Positions 31,609-40,826 of a stretch of 64,000 bases of DNA are shown in pieces. Numbering within the stretch: the first letter of the stretch is position 1; each line of letters begins with the position of its first letter. The DNA comes from Tepidisphaera sp. GTDB lineage: Bacteria > Planctomycetota > Phycisphaerae > Phycisphaerales > UBA1924. Both the position numbers and the translations under genes were made by a program. The notes beneath the pieces were generated by a model that was not told where the DNA came from, made no database searches, and saw nothing but the letters and a program-made list of their open reading frames with translations. The stretch spans positions 800,001 through 864,000 of the forward strand of contig CP051526.1 of the NCBI GenBank assembly GCA_050916045.1. The letters are read 5' to 3'.

Positions 31609-32145
31609 ATGGTGCGCTCACTCACGTTGGGTCTGGTCGTGTTTCTCGCCTGCTCGCTCCTCACCCTCGGCGGCTGCGGCGGGGTGAATGTCGTGCAGCC
31701 CGGGGTCACCATGCGGCCCGACGACACGCTCCGCGACCCGGTGACCAAGCAGATCCCCCCGACCCGGGCGCACATCGTCGGCGTCAGCGCCGACGGCAAG
31801 AAGGAGTGGGAGTCTCAGAACGTCACCGCTCACTTCATGCGCAAGCAGGACCAGCTCGCGGCCCTCAACGTCCGCGAGTTCTCGATCGAGAACGGCGAGG
31901 TCCGCCTCCCCCGCGAGGATCCGGCCTGGGCCGCTTGGAACAAGCCGATGTACCTCATCATTCTCGTCGACCTGCCGGGCAAGGGCTCCGAAGCCGGCAA
32001 GCCCAACGACCCGCGCCGCCACGTCATCTCGCTCAACTCCAAGCGGTGGCGCGACCTGGACGGCCGCGACCTGGTCGTGAAGATCACCTCCGACGGTGTC
32101 GTTCGCGAGACCAAGGAATCCAACGTGGAACCCACGGAATTCTGA
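31609..32145 (+). CDS. Lipoprotein, possibly TssJ/VasD-like
   Basis: AAGGAG RBS, lipobox LGGC, beta-rich domain ending YLIILVDLPG...DPRRHVISL; the TssJ likeness is from memory only. Confidence 0.5.
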   Translation: MVRSLTLGLVVFLACSLLTLGGCGGVNVVQPGVTMRPDDTLRDPVTKQIPPTRAHIVGVSADGKKEWESQNVTAHFMRKQDQLAALNVREFSIENGEVRLPREDPAWAAWNKPMYLIILVDLPGKGSEAGKPNDPRRHVISLNSKRWRDLDGRDLVVKITSDGVVRETKESNVEPTEF

Positions 32146-32188
32146 TCCGGCACGCGACCTCCGTCGCCGGAGCGCCGCGCATTTGACC

Positions 32189-35100
32189 ATGAACACCTGG
32201 GGCTCTTACGAATCGGTGAAGGAACTGGCCCAGAGCGGGCTGGGCTTTCTATGGTCCGCCCGGCCGAAGAACGCCGTCGTTCAGGGCGAGTCCTACATCA
32301 TCAAGACCACCGAGGGCTTGGCGATCCTCGGCGACCCCGAGCGACTCGAACGCGAGTCGGCTCTCTTCCTCGAGTCCGCGCAGGTCCAGAAAAAAGTCTC
32401 CGACTCCGGAGCGTCCCACTGGGTCAAGCTCCACGAATTCGGCAAGACCGACGCCGGCGCGTTCTACGTCGCCGACCTCTACGCGCGAAGCGTGCAGAAG
32501 ATCGTCGCTCGCGGCATCCGCCTCGACGCCCGCTCGCTGAGCACGGTCGTCCACGCCGTCGTCGACGGCCTGCTCGAGCTTCGCTCCGCCCTCGGCCGGG
32601 CCCACGGCAACCTCAAGCCCTCCAACGTCATGATCGGCGGCCCCGACGGACCGACCGTCGAGGACGCGCCCGTCCTGCTCACCGATCCCAAGCCCGATTC
32701 CACCGTTTCGCCGCGGGACGCGGAAGCCGACCTCAACGCGCTGGGCCGGTTGATCTATGAGCTTGTGATGCTCCGCCCCGTGCGCGACCGCACGACGATC
32801 TCCGTCAGTCTCTCTGACGACTGGTCGCGATTGGGCTCCTCCGCGCTGCAATGGGTCGATCTCTGCAACCTGCTCATGGGCGGCATCCCCGGCCGGCCGA
32901 TGCCGGACCTGGACGAGGTCCGCGGGATGATCCCCTCGGCCGCTTCGGTCGCCCGAAAGACCAAAGCCGGCCTCATCGGCGTCGCCGTCCTGCTCATCCT
33001 CGCCGCCGGCGGCACGGCAGCCTATTTTGCCACCCGCAAGCCAGCCGAAATCGTCGCGCCCCGCCCCGTCGCCCTCAGCCTCCCCGAACTGGACACGCAG
33101 TGGACCACGTTCGTCATGGACTGGTCCGGGTGGTTCGGCGATCCGCGCCGCACCGATCTTGCCACCAAGCTCGGCGCGCTCCCCGCTGAGACCCGCGCCA
33201 AGCTTCCCGAAGGACTGACCGCCGCCCTCCGCGTCACCGGCAATCTCGTCTCCCCCGACGCCGCGAGTAACCGCTCGCGTCTCTCCGAAGTGCGACAGTT
33301 CTCGCCCTCCAGACGCTTGGAGGAAATCCCCGAACGCGACCGGAAAGCCTGGGTCGACGACCTCTCCGAATCCGTTCGCGCCGTCAGCGAAGCGCGTTCT
33401 CTCATCACCAAAGCCCTCGACGCCGAAGCACTCGGCAAGCTCAAGCAGGACTGGGAGGCTCGCGGTTGGACGCCCGCCGCGGCGCGACTCGACAGCGCGA
33501 TCTCCGTCGCCCGCCGCCTCGCCGACGCATCCAAAAGCGAGAACGACCTCCCCGGCCCGGGAGACATCGCCGACGCGCTCGCGTCCGTCGCCGACGCGGC
33601 CCGCGTTCAGGAAGCCCTCGCGAAAATCGAGCCCGTCCGGGCCAAACTCGCCGAGTCCGGCGACGAGGTCCTCGCGAAGTTCGCTTACGTCGTGGACCGC
33701 GAGGGCGCAAAGGTCCTCGCCGCCGACTCCAGCGGTCTCGGCCCGCTCATCGCTTCCCTGAACGCCATGGAACGCAAGGGCGCCGAAGCCGCGTCCCTCG
33801 TGGCGGCCGCCGACCGCGACATCGTCTCGCTCCGCGCCACCGAGACGTACAACGAACTGAAAGCGTCGACGGATCTCGACTCCGCCAAACTCGATCGCTG
33901 GCTCGCCACGCTCCGCGATGACACGTACCGCGTCCTCCCCGAAGCCGAGCTGGCGCAGATCGAAGGCCGCCGCACGGCTCTTGCGACCAAGATCAAGACG
34001 ATGGTTGCCGACCTCGACCGCGCGGTCGAGAAGAAACGCAAGTTCCCGGGCGATCCGCCGGAAAAGACGAAAGCCTCGCTGAACACCATCGCCGACGAGC
34101 TCGCCAAGGTCGGCTTGGATGCGTCTGGAAAGCCGGTGCGTATATCCAAGCAGTCGCGACCCCCGATCGATCAGGCCTACGCCGCGATCGAATCTCGTGT
34201 CGCCGCTTTCGACAACAAGACCTTCATCCCTCGGGGCCTGGCCAACTCCAAGGTTGAGCTTCTTGAGCTTGCCGCCAAGCAGACCTACGCCGCACCCTCG
34301 CTGAAAGCCCTCTGGTCCAAGCTCACCGCCGAGATCTCCAACGATTCCTCCATGGACGTCGGTGATCAGAGCGATCTCCTCCTCGACACGTGGAAGGGCG
34401 TGCTTGACGAGATGGCCAAGCCTGAGTTCCTGCCGATGCTCCAAGCCGCGTCCAACGCGATCGACCGCGCGGCGCTCGACACCCTCGTCGCCGCCAGACG
34501 CGAACGCACCCTCGAAGTGCTCGCGGGCACGCTCACGTCCAAGGACACGCTCGAAAGCCAGTCCGTCAAGTCCGCAAAGAATGCCTACACGACCTGGCGC
34601 GAAGCCGCCCAGAAACAACTCGATTCCGCCGCCGCCGCCGCCCGTGCTCTCGACGAGGGATTCCTCCCCGGCGCGAACGCGGCGAATGACCCGGCGATCC
34701 TCGCTCGTGGTGCGCTCGCCGATGCGGAACTCGCTCCGATCGTCGCTTCGATCAAAGCCCGCTTCGCCGCGCTCGAAGCCATCGCCGCCCAGACCGATAC
34801 CGCCCGTCTGATCGGTCAGATGGAATCGCTGAGCGCCACGCAGGTCGCCGAGCGGCTCGCGGCGTGGCGTCGACTCGCTTCCACGCCTTTCGTCGCCGCC
34901 GACCCGCAGGCCGCCGCTGCTCTCCTCGGCAGAGCTTCCGCACTCGCGACCGCCGCTTCCGACGTGCTCAAGGGCTCGGGTCTTCCCGCGGATCGACAAT
35001 CCGCTCTCCTCAGCGAGATCGCCGCGGGCTCGCCGGCCATCTGGACCCGCTACGCCCGTTTCGCCCTCGCGCTGTCCGACGACCAGGCCCGCGAAGCCGC

Positions 35101-36538
35101 GTTCTCCGCCGCGTTCGCCTCCGCGGCAAGTTTCGGTGCAACCGAAGCGACCGCCGCCGAGATCGCCCCCGCCGCACGCTACAACTGGCGCGTTCTCGCC
35201 GCCAAATCAGCCATCGCCAAGGTCAACCCCGCCGCCGATCCCGCGACCCAGGCTTCCGCCATCGCCGCCGAGTTCGCCAAGGTTGAAGAAGCTTCCAAAC
35301 CCATCGAGTCTCTTCCGCAGGTCGTTTCGTTCATCAAAGCTCTTCGCACCGGCACGACGCCCGAAGCCGGCAAGACCTTCTCGGCTTCCGAGACCGGTCC
35401 CGCGATCTCCTCACTCGCCGCCGCCATGAAGTGGTCCGCCCGCGACGAGGACGACATCGCCATCTACACCGCCGGCCCGCACACGCTCACCTTCATTACC
35501 GTCACCGTCGGCGACGCCGAAGCCCTCGTATCAACCTCGGAGGTGAGCGCCGCGCTCTTCGCCGATGTCCTCAAGGCCGCCGGGATCAAGCCCTCCGACG
35601 CGCCCGAAGCAAGCTCCACCCAGTCGCTTCTCTTCGTCACCTCCGGCGGCCCCGACCCGCGAAGCGGCCCCCGCGTCTGGGCGAGCCCCGACGGCACCGC
35701 GATTCTGGCCGCCGCCGTCCCGGGCGTTCCCGCCGAATGGAACGGCTGGTTCGCTTCCAACGAAACCCTTGAGGCTCCGAAGACGAGCGCCGGCTTCCGC
35801 TGGATCCCCGAGGGCGTCACGATTCCTCCGCCCTCGCTCGATCTTCCGATACAGCAGGTCACCCCCGAAGCCGCAGCGCTCGTCGCCCGCCGCTTGGGCT
35901 GCCGACTCCCCACGCCGGAAGAGTGGGCCGCCGCACGCGCCAGCCCGCTCGCCGACAGTTCATCCAACCTCCGCGACGGAGCATGGAAAGCCGTCCGCGA
36001 TCCCTACGTCGCACAGATCGACGCTTGGAACCGCGACTCACGCAATGAGTTTAACAAGATCGAAGCTCAGCTCCCCTCCGCCGGCATCTTCATCCCGCCC
36101 GCCCAAGCAGGGGCTTTCAACCCCGCGGCCGACGCCGAAGCGACCGGCTCGGACGGCGTGGTGTTCTTCCGTCCGGCGCCGGGGGCGAGCACCAAGTTCA
36201 TGGATCTCGTCGGCAACGTCGCCGAGTTCGTCACCACCGACCCCGCGTCGATGGACAAGCTCCCCAAGGACTGCACCGTCCGCGACGCGTTCAGCCTGTT
36301 CGGATCCAACAACTACGCACCCCTCCGCATCGTTGGCGGATCGGCCCTCACCCCGCCCGCGGGACAGTTCGCGTACGACGTCGCCAAGCCGCAGCCCGTC
36401 GATTCCTCCGCGCGAAGCGGCTTCTCCGATGTCGGCTTCCGCCTCGCCATCACGAAGGAAAGCGGACCCTCCGGCTCACCCTTCGAGCGTGCTCAGAAAG
36501 CCTTCGAGAAGAAGCTCAAGCTGATCGCCGTGCCCTGA
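32189..36538 (+). CDS. Membrane protein: N-terminal Ser/Thr pseudokinase, TM helix, long helical region, C-terminal FGE-sulfatase-like domain
   Basis: HGNLKPSNVMI and DLNALGRLIYEL (kinase-like); GLIGVAVLLILAAGGTAAYF (TM); CRLPTPEEW, DLVGNVAEFV and DVGFRLA (FGE-like). Confidence 0.8.
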   Translation: MNTWGSYESVKELAQSGLGFLWSARPKNAVVQGESYIIKTTEGLAILGDPERLERESALFLESAQVQKKVSDSGASHWVKLHEFGKTDAGAFYVADLYARSVQKIVARGIRLDARSLSTVVHAVVDGLLELRSALGRAHGNLKPSNVMIGGPDGPTVEDAPVLLTDPKPDSTVSPRDAEADLNALGRLIYELVMLRPVRDRTTISVSLSDDWSRLGSSALQWVDLCNLLMGGIPGRPMPDLDEVRGMIPSAASVARKTKAGLIGVAVLLILAAGGTAAYFATRKPAEIVAPRPVALSLPELDTQWTTFVMDWSGWFGDPRRTDLATKLGALPAETRAKLPEGLTAALRVTGNLVSPDAASNRSRLSEVRQFSPSRRLEEIPERDRKAWVDDLSESVRAVSEARSLITKALDAEALGKLKQDWEARGWTPAAARLDSAISVARRLADASKSENDLPGPGDIADALASVADAARVQEALAKIEPVRAKLAESGDEVLAKFAYVVDREGAKVLAADSSGLGPLIASLNAMERKGAEAASLVAAADRDIVSLRATETYNELKASTDLDSAKLDRWLATLRDDTYRVLPEAELAQIEGRRTALATKIKTMVADLDRAVEKKRKFPGDPPEKTKASLNTIADELAKVGLDASGKPVRISKQSRPPIDQAYAAIESRVAAFDNKTFIPRGLANSKVELLELAAKQTYAAPSLKALWSKLTAEISNDSSMDVGDQSDLLLDTWKGVLDEMAKPEFLPMLQAASNAIDRAALDTLVAARRERTLEVLAGTLTSKDTLESQSVKSAKNAYTTWREAAQKQLDSAAAAARALDEGFLPGANAANDPAILARGALADAELAPIVASIKARFAALEAIAAQTDTARLIGQMESLSATQVAERLAAWRRLASTPFVAADPQAAAALLGRASALATAASDVLKGSGLPADRQSALLSEIAAGSPAIWTRYARFALALSDDQAREAAFSAAFASAASFGATEATAAEIAPAARYNWRVLAAKSAIAKVNPAADPATQASAIAAEFAKVEEASKPIESLPQVVSFIKALRTGTTPEAGKTFSASETGPAISSLAAAMKWSARDEDDIAIYTAGPHTLTFITVTVGDAEALVSTSEVSAALFADVLKAAGIKPSDAPEASSTQSLLFVTSGGPDPRSGPRVWASPDGTAILAAAVPGVPAEWNGWFASNETLEAPKTSAGFRWIPEGVTIPPPSLDLPIQQVTPEAAALVARRLGCRLPTPEEWAAARASPLADSSSNLRDGAWKAVRDPYVAQIDAWNRDSRNEFNKIEAQLPSAGIFIPPAQAGAFNPAADAEATGSDGVVFFRPAPGASTKFMDLVGNVAEFVTTDPASMDKLPKDCTVRDAFSLFGSNNYAPLRIVGGSALTPPAGQFAYDVAKPQPVDSSARSGFSDVGFRLAITKESGPSGSPFERAQKAFEKKLKLIAVP

Positions 36539-36553
36539 CACTCGCCCGCTCGA

Positions 36554-38236
36554 TCAACCCGCCAGCGCCGACACGACTTCCGCCAGCGTCGTATGACCCG
36601 CCGCCGCTTTCGTGTACCCATCCTCGCGAAGCGATGCGAGGTTTCCCTCCGCTTTGGCGTGCTGGGCGATCGCCCGCGCGTTCGTCCGCTGCATCACAAG
36701 CTCGCGGGTGCGGTCGCTCATCCGGAGGAGTTCGTACACGCCGATGCGCCCGCGGAATCCGGTGTTCCGGCACGCCCGGCACCCCGATCCGTGGACCAGC
36801 TTGGTCTCGGGCGTCACAACGAAGTCCGCCGGGATGTCTCCCGGGTGCGGCACATGCGGTGTTGCGCACTCGCGGCAGACCCGCCGCACCAGCCGCTGCG
36901 CCAGAATGCCCTCGACAGAGCTTGAAACCAGGAACGGCTCGACGCCCATGTCGAGAAGCCGCGTCGTCGCTCCCGAAGCGTCGTTGGTGTGAAGCGTGCT
37001 GAAGACCAGGTGGCCCGTCAGCGAAGCTTGGATCGCCGTCTCCGCGGTTTCCTTGTCGCGGATTTCGCCGATCATCACCACGTCCGGGTCGTGACGCAGG
37101 ATCGCGCGAAGCCCCGCCGCGAAATCCAGCCCCACCTGATGGTTCACCTGGATCTGATTCACGCCCTTGACGTGATACTCGACCGGGTCCTCGACCGTGA
37201 TCGCTTTGATCTCATCCGACACGATCTTGTTCAAGCTCGCGTAAAGCGTCGTCGATTTGCCCGACCCCGTCGGCCCGGTGACAAGCAGAATGCCGTGCGG
37301 CCGGTTGATCAGGTCGGCCCACATCCCAAGCACGCCGGGGGGCATGCCGAGCTGGTCCAGCGACATCAGCACCGCCGCTTTCGACAGAATGCGGAGCACC
37401 ACGCCCTCGCCGAAGAGCATCGGGATCGTGCTCACGCGGAGGTCGATCTCTTCCGCCGGCCTTCCCTGCACACGCGACCGGAATGTGATGCGGCCGTCCT
37501 GCGGCTTGCGCTTCTCGGCGATGTTCAGGTTCGCCATGATCTTGAGACGGCTGATGATCGCCGGGCCGAACCGCGAGATCGTGCTCGCGACGTTGGCCCG
37601 CTGAAGGACGCCGTCGATGCGGTAGCGCACCACAAGCTCGTGTTCGTAGGGCTCGACGTGGACGTCCGTCGCCCGCTCGGAGACCGCTTCGCTCAGGATG
37701 TCGTTGACGAGCTTGACGACCGACGCTTCCTGCGCCGCTTCCATCTCGTCCCCGCCGGCCGCTTTCGCTGTCGGCGCGTCCGGCATCCCCGCCGACATCG
37801 CGTCAAGCGTGTCCCCGCCCACGCCGTAGTTCGCCCGGATGAACCCGTGAAGCTCTTCCTCGTCCGCCAGCACCGGCTCGATCGAGAGGCCCGTCAGCAG
37901 CCGAAGCTCGTCCGCCGGCGAAAGATCGAACGGGTCCGCCGTCGCCACTGTCAGCCGCGACCCCTCGCGAGCAATCGGCACGCACCGCCGACCGAAGACG
38001 AACTTCGCCGGCACCAGCGACAACACCGCCGGCTCCACCGTCAGCGACGGCAGGTCCGCCAGCGCCATGTGAAACTGCTCGGCCAGCGCCGCAAGCACCT
38101 GCTCGCGACCAAGCCGCCCCGACCGAACCAGCACCCGGTCCAGCCGATCCCCCGAAGCCACCGCTTCCCCGCGGGCCGCTTCAAGCTCATCCGGAGTGAT
38201 CAGCCCGCGATCAAGCAACGTGACGCCAAGGTCCAT
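36554..38236 (-). CDS. GspE/PulE/PilB-family secretion ATPase
   Basis: ATDVHVEP, RYRIDGVL, AEKRKPQDGRI, GPTGSGKSTT, LRHDPDVVMIGEIRD, TGHLVFSTLHTN and tetracysteine motif. Confidence 0.95.
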   Translation of the reverse strand: MDLGVTLLDRGLITPDELEAARGEAVASGDRLDRVLVRSGRLGREQVLAALAEQFHMALADLPSLTVEPAVLSLVPAKFVFGRRCVPIAREGSRLTVATADPFDLSPADELRLLTGLSIEPVLADEEELHGFIRANYGVGGDTLDAMSAGMPDAPTAKAAGGDEMEAAQEASVVKLVNDILSEAVSERATDVHVEPYEHELVVRYRIDGVLQRANVASTISRFGPAIISRLKIMANLNIAEKRKPQDGRITFRSRVQGRPAEEIDLRVSTIPMLFGEGVVLRILSKAAVLMSLDQLGMPPGVLGMWADLINRPHGILLVTGPTGSGKSTTLYASLNKIVSDEIKAITVEDPVEYHVKGVNQIQVNHQVGLDFAAGLRAILRHDPDVVMIGEIRDKETAETAIQASLTGHLVFSTLHTNDASGATTRLLDMGVEPFLVSSSVEGILAQRLVRRVCRECATPHVPHPGDIPADFVVTPETKLVHGSGCRACRNTGFRGRIGVYELLRMSDRTRELVMQRTNARAIAQHAKAEGNLASLREDGYTKAAAGHTTLAEVVSALAG

Positions 38237-38280
38237 GCCGGATGGTATTCGAGCCTCGCCCTGCCCGCTTAGCATTCCCC

Positions 38281-38931
38281 ATGATCCTCCGCACCTCGCT
38301 GATCGTCCTCGCCGCCGCTTCCGCCGCCGTGCTCCCCGCCTGCGAATCCACCAAGATCGCGGTCAAGGAAGCTTTCGGCGTCGCCAAGCGAGACCAGCTC
38401 GTCGCTCGCGTCCAGGAAGCCAAGACCAGCCAGGAAGCCGCCAAGGTCCAGTTTGAGTCCGCTCTCGCCGAGTTCATCGCCGTCACCGGCGTCAAGCCCG
38501 GCGACCTCGAAGGCCAGTACAACAAGATGAAGAAAGCGGCCGACGCCAGCGAGTCCAAAGCCAAAGCCGTCTCCGACCGCATCTCCGCCACCGACACCGT
38601 CGCCAACAAGCTCTTCAAAGAGTGGGAAGCCGAGCTCGATCAGTACAACAGCGAGCAGATGCGTGCCCAAAGCCAGCGCCAGCTCGACGACACCAAAGCC
38701 CAGTACGCGACCCTCCTCGGCAAGATGCGAGCCGCCGAATCCAAGATGAACCCCGTCCTCGGCGCCTTCAAGGACCAGGTCCTCTTCCTCAAGCACAACC
38801 TCAACGCCCGCGCCGTCGCGAGCCTCTCCGAAACCGTCCGAGGCATCGAAGGCGACGTCGCCAAGCTCATCGCCGAAATGAACACCAGCATCGCCGAAGC
38901 CAATCAGTTCATCGAACGCATGGGGCAGTGA
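38281..38931 (+). CDS. DUF2959-family lipoprotein
   Basis: Lipobox LPAC; KRDQLVARVQEA, LFKEWEAELDQY and DQVLFLKHNLNARAV. Confidence 0.85.
   Translation: MILRTSLIVLAAASAAVLPACESTKIAVKEAFGVAKRDQLVARVQEAKTSQEAAKVQFESALAEFIAVTGVKPGDLEGQYNKMKKAADASESKAKAVSDRISATDTVANKLFKEWEAELDQYNSEQMRAQSQRQLDDTKAQYATLLGKMRAAESKMNPVLGAFKDQVLFLKHNLNARAVASLSETVRGIEGDVAKLIAEMNTSIAEANQFIERMGQ
38867..38931 (+). repeat. Left copy of a 65-bp direct repeat (3' end of DUF2959 gene)
   Basis: 62/65 identical to 40677-40741; 38878-38929 is identical to 40688-40739. Confidence 0.95.
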
Positions 38932-38980
38932 GGCGATACTGGCCAGCATTCCAAGCGCCGCTGTTGGGAACGCAGCGTGT

Positions 38981-39538
38981 TTAGGTCAGGCCAGCTTCTC
39001 GCAGCGAGCGCACCGCGTCCGACCCTTCAACCTGCGGGTCATCGGCCCAGACGACGGGCGACATCGGCATCACCCGCATGCCTTGATCGAATCTCGCCAC
39101 CAGTCGGTCCGGCACCCAGACGAGCAGCGCGTGCGACCCGTGCAGGCCGCGCTTGGCTTCCGTCAAACACGCCACCCAAAGGTCCCACCCCGGGCAGTCT
39201 CCGTTGTCGAACAGCCCTTCCGTTTCGAACGCGGCGAGCTGGCAGTAGTCTGAAATGTCAAGGCCATAGATGGCCCACCGTCCCGCGACATCAGCCGGCG
39301 AAAGTGCCGAAGGACCGAGCAAGTCCCTCCTTCGAGCGGAAACAGTCGCGAGCATCGAGTCCATGCAGCCTCGAGAGCAGCCCGTTCCCATCCAAGCCTT
39401 CCACAACTCCGCCGCAGGAACCACCCCGGGCGAGATTTCCGGCGACTGAGCATCCGCAGGTCCATCAGGATGCATGCGGTGCCACTCCCGCACCTCCGAC
39501 GCCCGCTGTTTCAGCAAGCTGACTTCGGACGTGCTCAC
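38981..39538 (-). CDS. Hypothetical protein (islet cargo)
   Basis: GTG 39538 overlaps the upstream stop (GTGA); contains GLFDNGDCPGWDLWVA...LLVWVP. Confidence 0.6.
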   Translation of the reverse strand: MSTSEVSLLKQRASEVREWHRMHPDGPADAQSPEISPGVVPAAELWKAWMGTGCSRGCMDSMLATVSARRRDLLGPSALSPADVAGRWAIYGLDISDYCQLAAFETEGLFDNGDCPGWDLWVACLTEAKRGLHGSHALLVWVPDRLVARFDQGMRVMPMSPVVWADDPQVEGSDAVRSLREAGLT

Positions 39539-40626
39539 GCTCCATGCTCCGATGCTCGCCGCAAGTCCGCTTGCGTCGGCGGCAGGACGTGTTCGTGCCA
39601 CGGCTTGCTCACGTGCTGCGTCCAGATCCTGTCTTCAAAAACCCTGGCATACCTCTTGATCTCACGCGTTGCGGCGTCGAAGAAGTACTCGGGCCCGACC
39701 AGAAGCGAACCCCGTCGTGCTGACGTTTCAAAGCGGATTCCTCGCCGTGGCGGAAGGCTCACTTTCCAGTTCTCCCACCCCGTCGCAGGGTCGATGCTGT
39801 GAAGACACTCGTAGCCGTACGTGAGAATCTGCCCACGGTCAGCGTCGTACGAGAGGCCGTAAGAGTGACTTTCCTCCGACTCACGCGGGAAAGTCCATCG
39901 CACCACGCCCCGATCATCAAACGCCCAGATGTCGCCGCCGGTTTCCGCAAGCACAAGAAGCCCGGGCGGCCAGCAGACGCCATAGACATCCGGATCATGG
40001 TGCCCCAACGCGTGGACCGCGGCACGACCTTCCTCGCTGATCGTCGAAACGTCGTTGACCTTTGGCGGCGGCCCTGGGATCGTCGCTTTCCACAGGCGTT
40101 TGTCATTGGCGTCGCGGCACTCCGATCTGCTGCCAAACCCGGAAACAAAGCACGCATCGGCCCGACCGGGGTCGGCCTTCCCTGCACCTTGCTGAAAGCT
40201 GACGTCCCACTTGCTTCGGATCCGGCGAACGGTCGCGCCGTCGGACCACCGAACGACGGACGCGCCGCCCACAGCGCGACAGACGGTGACCATCTCCGGA
40301 CCCGGTCCGCACAGCATGATCTGGGGCTTGAGCAAGTCCGGGCGTTCCCAGAGCAACTGTCCCGTCACCGTCTCGTAGCACCGAACACCCGAGCCGTGCG
40401 GCTTCTGACGCACGCCGCCTTCGTAGCAACCCGTGCAGAGCCTGCTTCCGTCGGGCGACAGCGCAAGCCGCCGGCCTCCGAAACTATGCACGAGATCGTG
40501 CTCGGCAATCACCTCGCCGGTCGGGAAGCGCCGAACCCAGAGGTGCTTGCTCGCATTGGCATGCACGACAACGGTGGCGTCCTCGTTGATCGCCATGTCG
40601 TGAACATAGTGCCAAGTCTCCGACAT
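39535..40626 (-). CDS. WD40/PQQ-like beta-propeller protein (islet cargo)
   Basis: LALSPDGSRL, YETVTGQLLWE, FDDRGVVRW and IDPATGWENWK blade motifs. Confidence 0.6.
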   Translation of the reverse strand: MSETWHYVHDMAINEDATVVVHANASKHLWVRRFPTGEVIAEHDLVHSFGGRRLALSPDGSRLCTGCYEGGVRQKPHGSGVRCYETVTGQLLWERPDLLKPQIMLCGPGPEMVTVCRAVGGASVVRWSDGATVRRIRSKWDVSFQQGAGKADPGRADACFVSGFGSRSECRDANDKRLWKATIPGPPPKVNDVSTISEEGRAAVHALGHHDPDVYGVCWPPGLLVLAETGGDIWAFDDRGVVRWTFPRESEESHSYGLSYDADRGQILTYGYECLHSIDPATGWENWKVSLPPRRGIRFETSARRGSLLVGPEYFFDAATREIKRYARVFEDRIWTQHVSKPWHEHVLPPTQADLRRASEHGA

Positions 40627-40676
40627 CGGCAGTATCATACCAGCTCAAGCAAAACGAAGGAGTTTCGTGGAGGTCT

Positions 40677-40741
40677 TCATCGCTGAGATGAACACCAGCA
40701 TCGCCGAAGCCAATCAGTTCATCGAACGCATGGGGCAGTAA
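40677..40741 (+). repeat. Right copy of the 65-bp direct repeat (orphan 3' end of DUF2959 gene)
   Basis: Encodes the same IAEMNTSIAEANQFIERMGQ* peptide with three silent differences. Confidence 0.95.
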
Positions 40742-40786
40742 GCGCGAGCGAGGTGTCCGGATCGCGGTCTTCAATTTGAGATGTCA

Positions 40787-40825
40787 GGTTTGAAATTTCA
40801 AATTTCAAATTCCAAATCTCAAACC
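40787..40825. repeat. AT-rich heptamer repeat (AAATTTC-like x4) forming an imperfect inverted repeat
   Basis: GGTTTG-AAATTTC-AAATTTC-AAATTCC-AAATCTC-AAACC. Confidence 0.75.
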
Positions 40826-40826
40826 G

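Noticed and set aside
32249..34999. 916-aa minus-strand ORF (and similar ORFs 235-1212, 29934-31799, 47081-48634)
   Set aside because: Each lies antisense to a better-supported gene and lacks motifs
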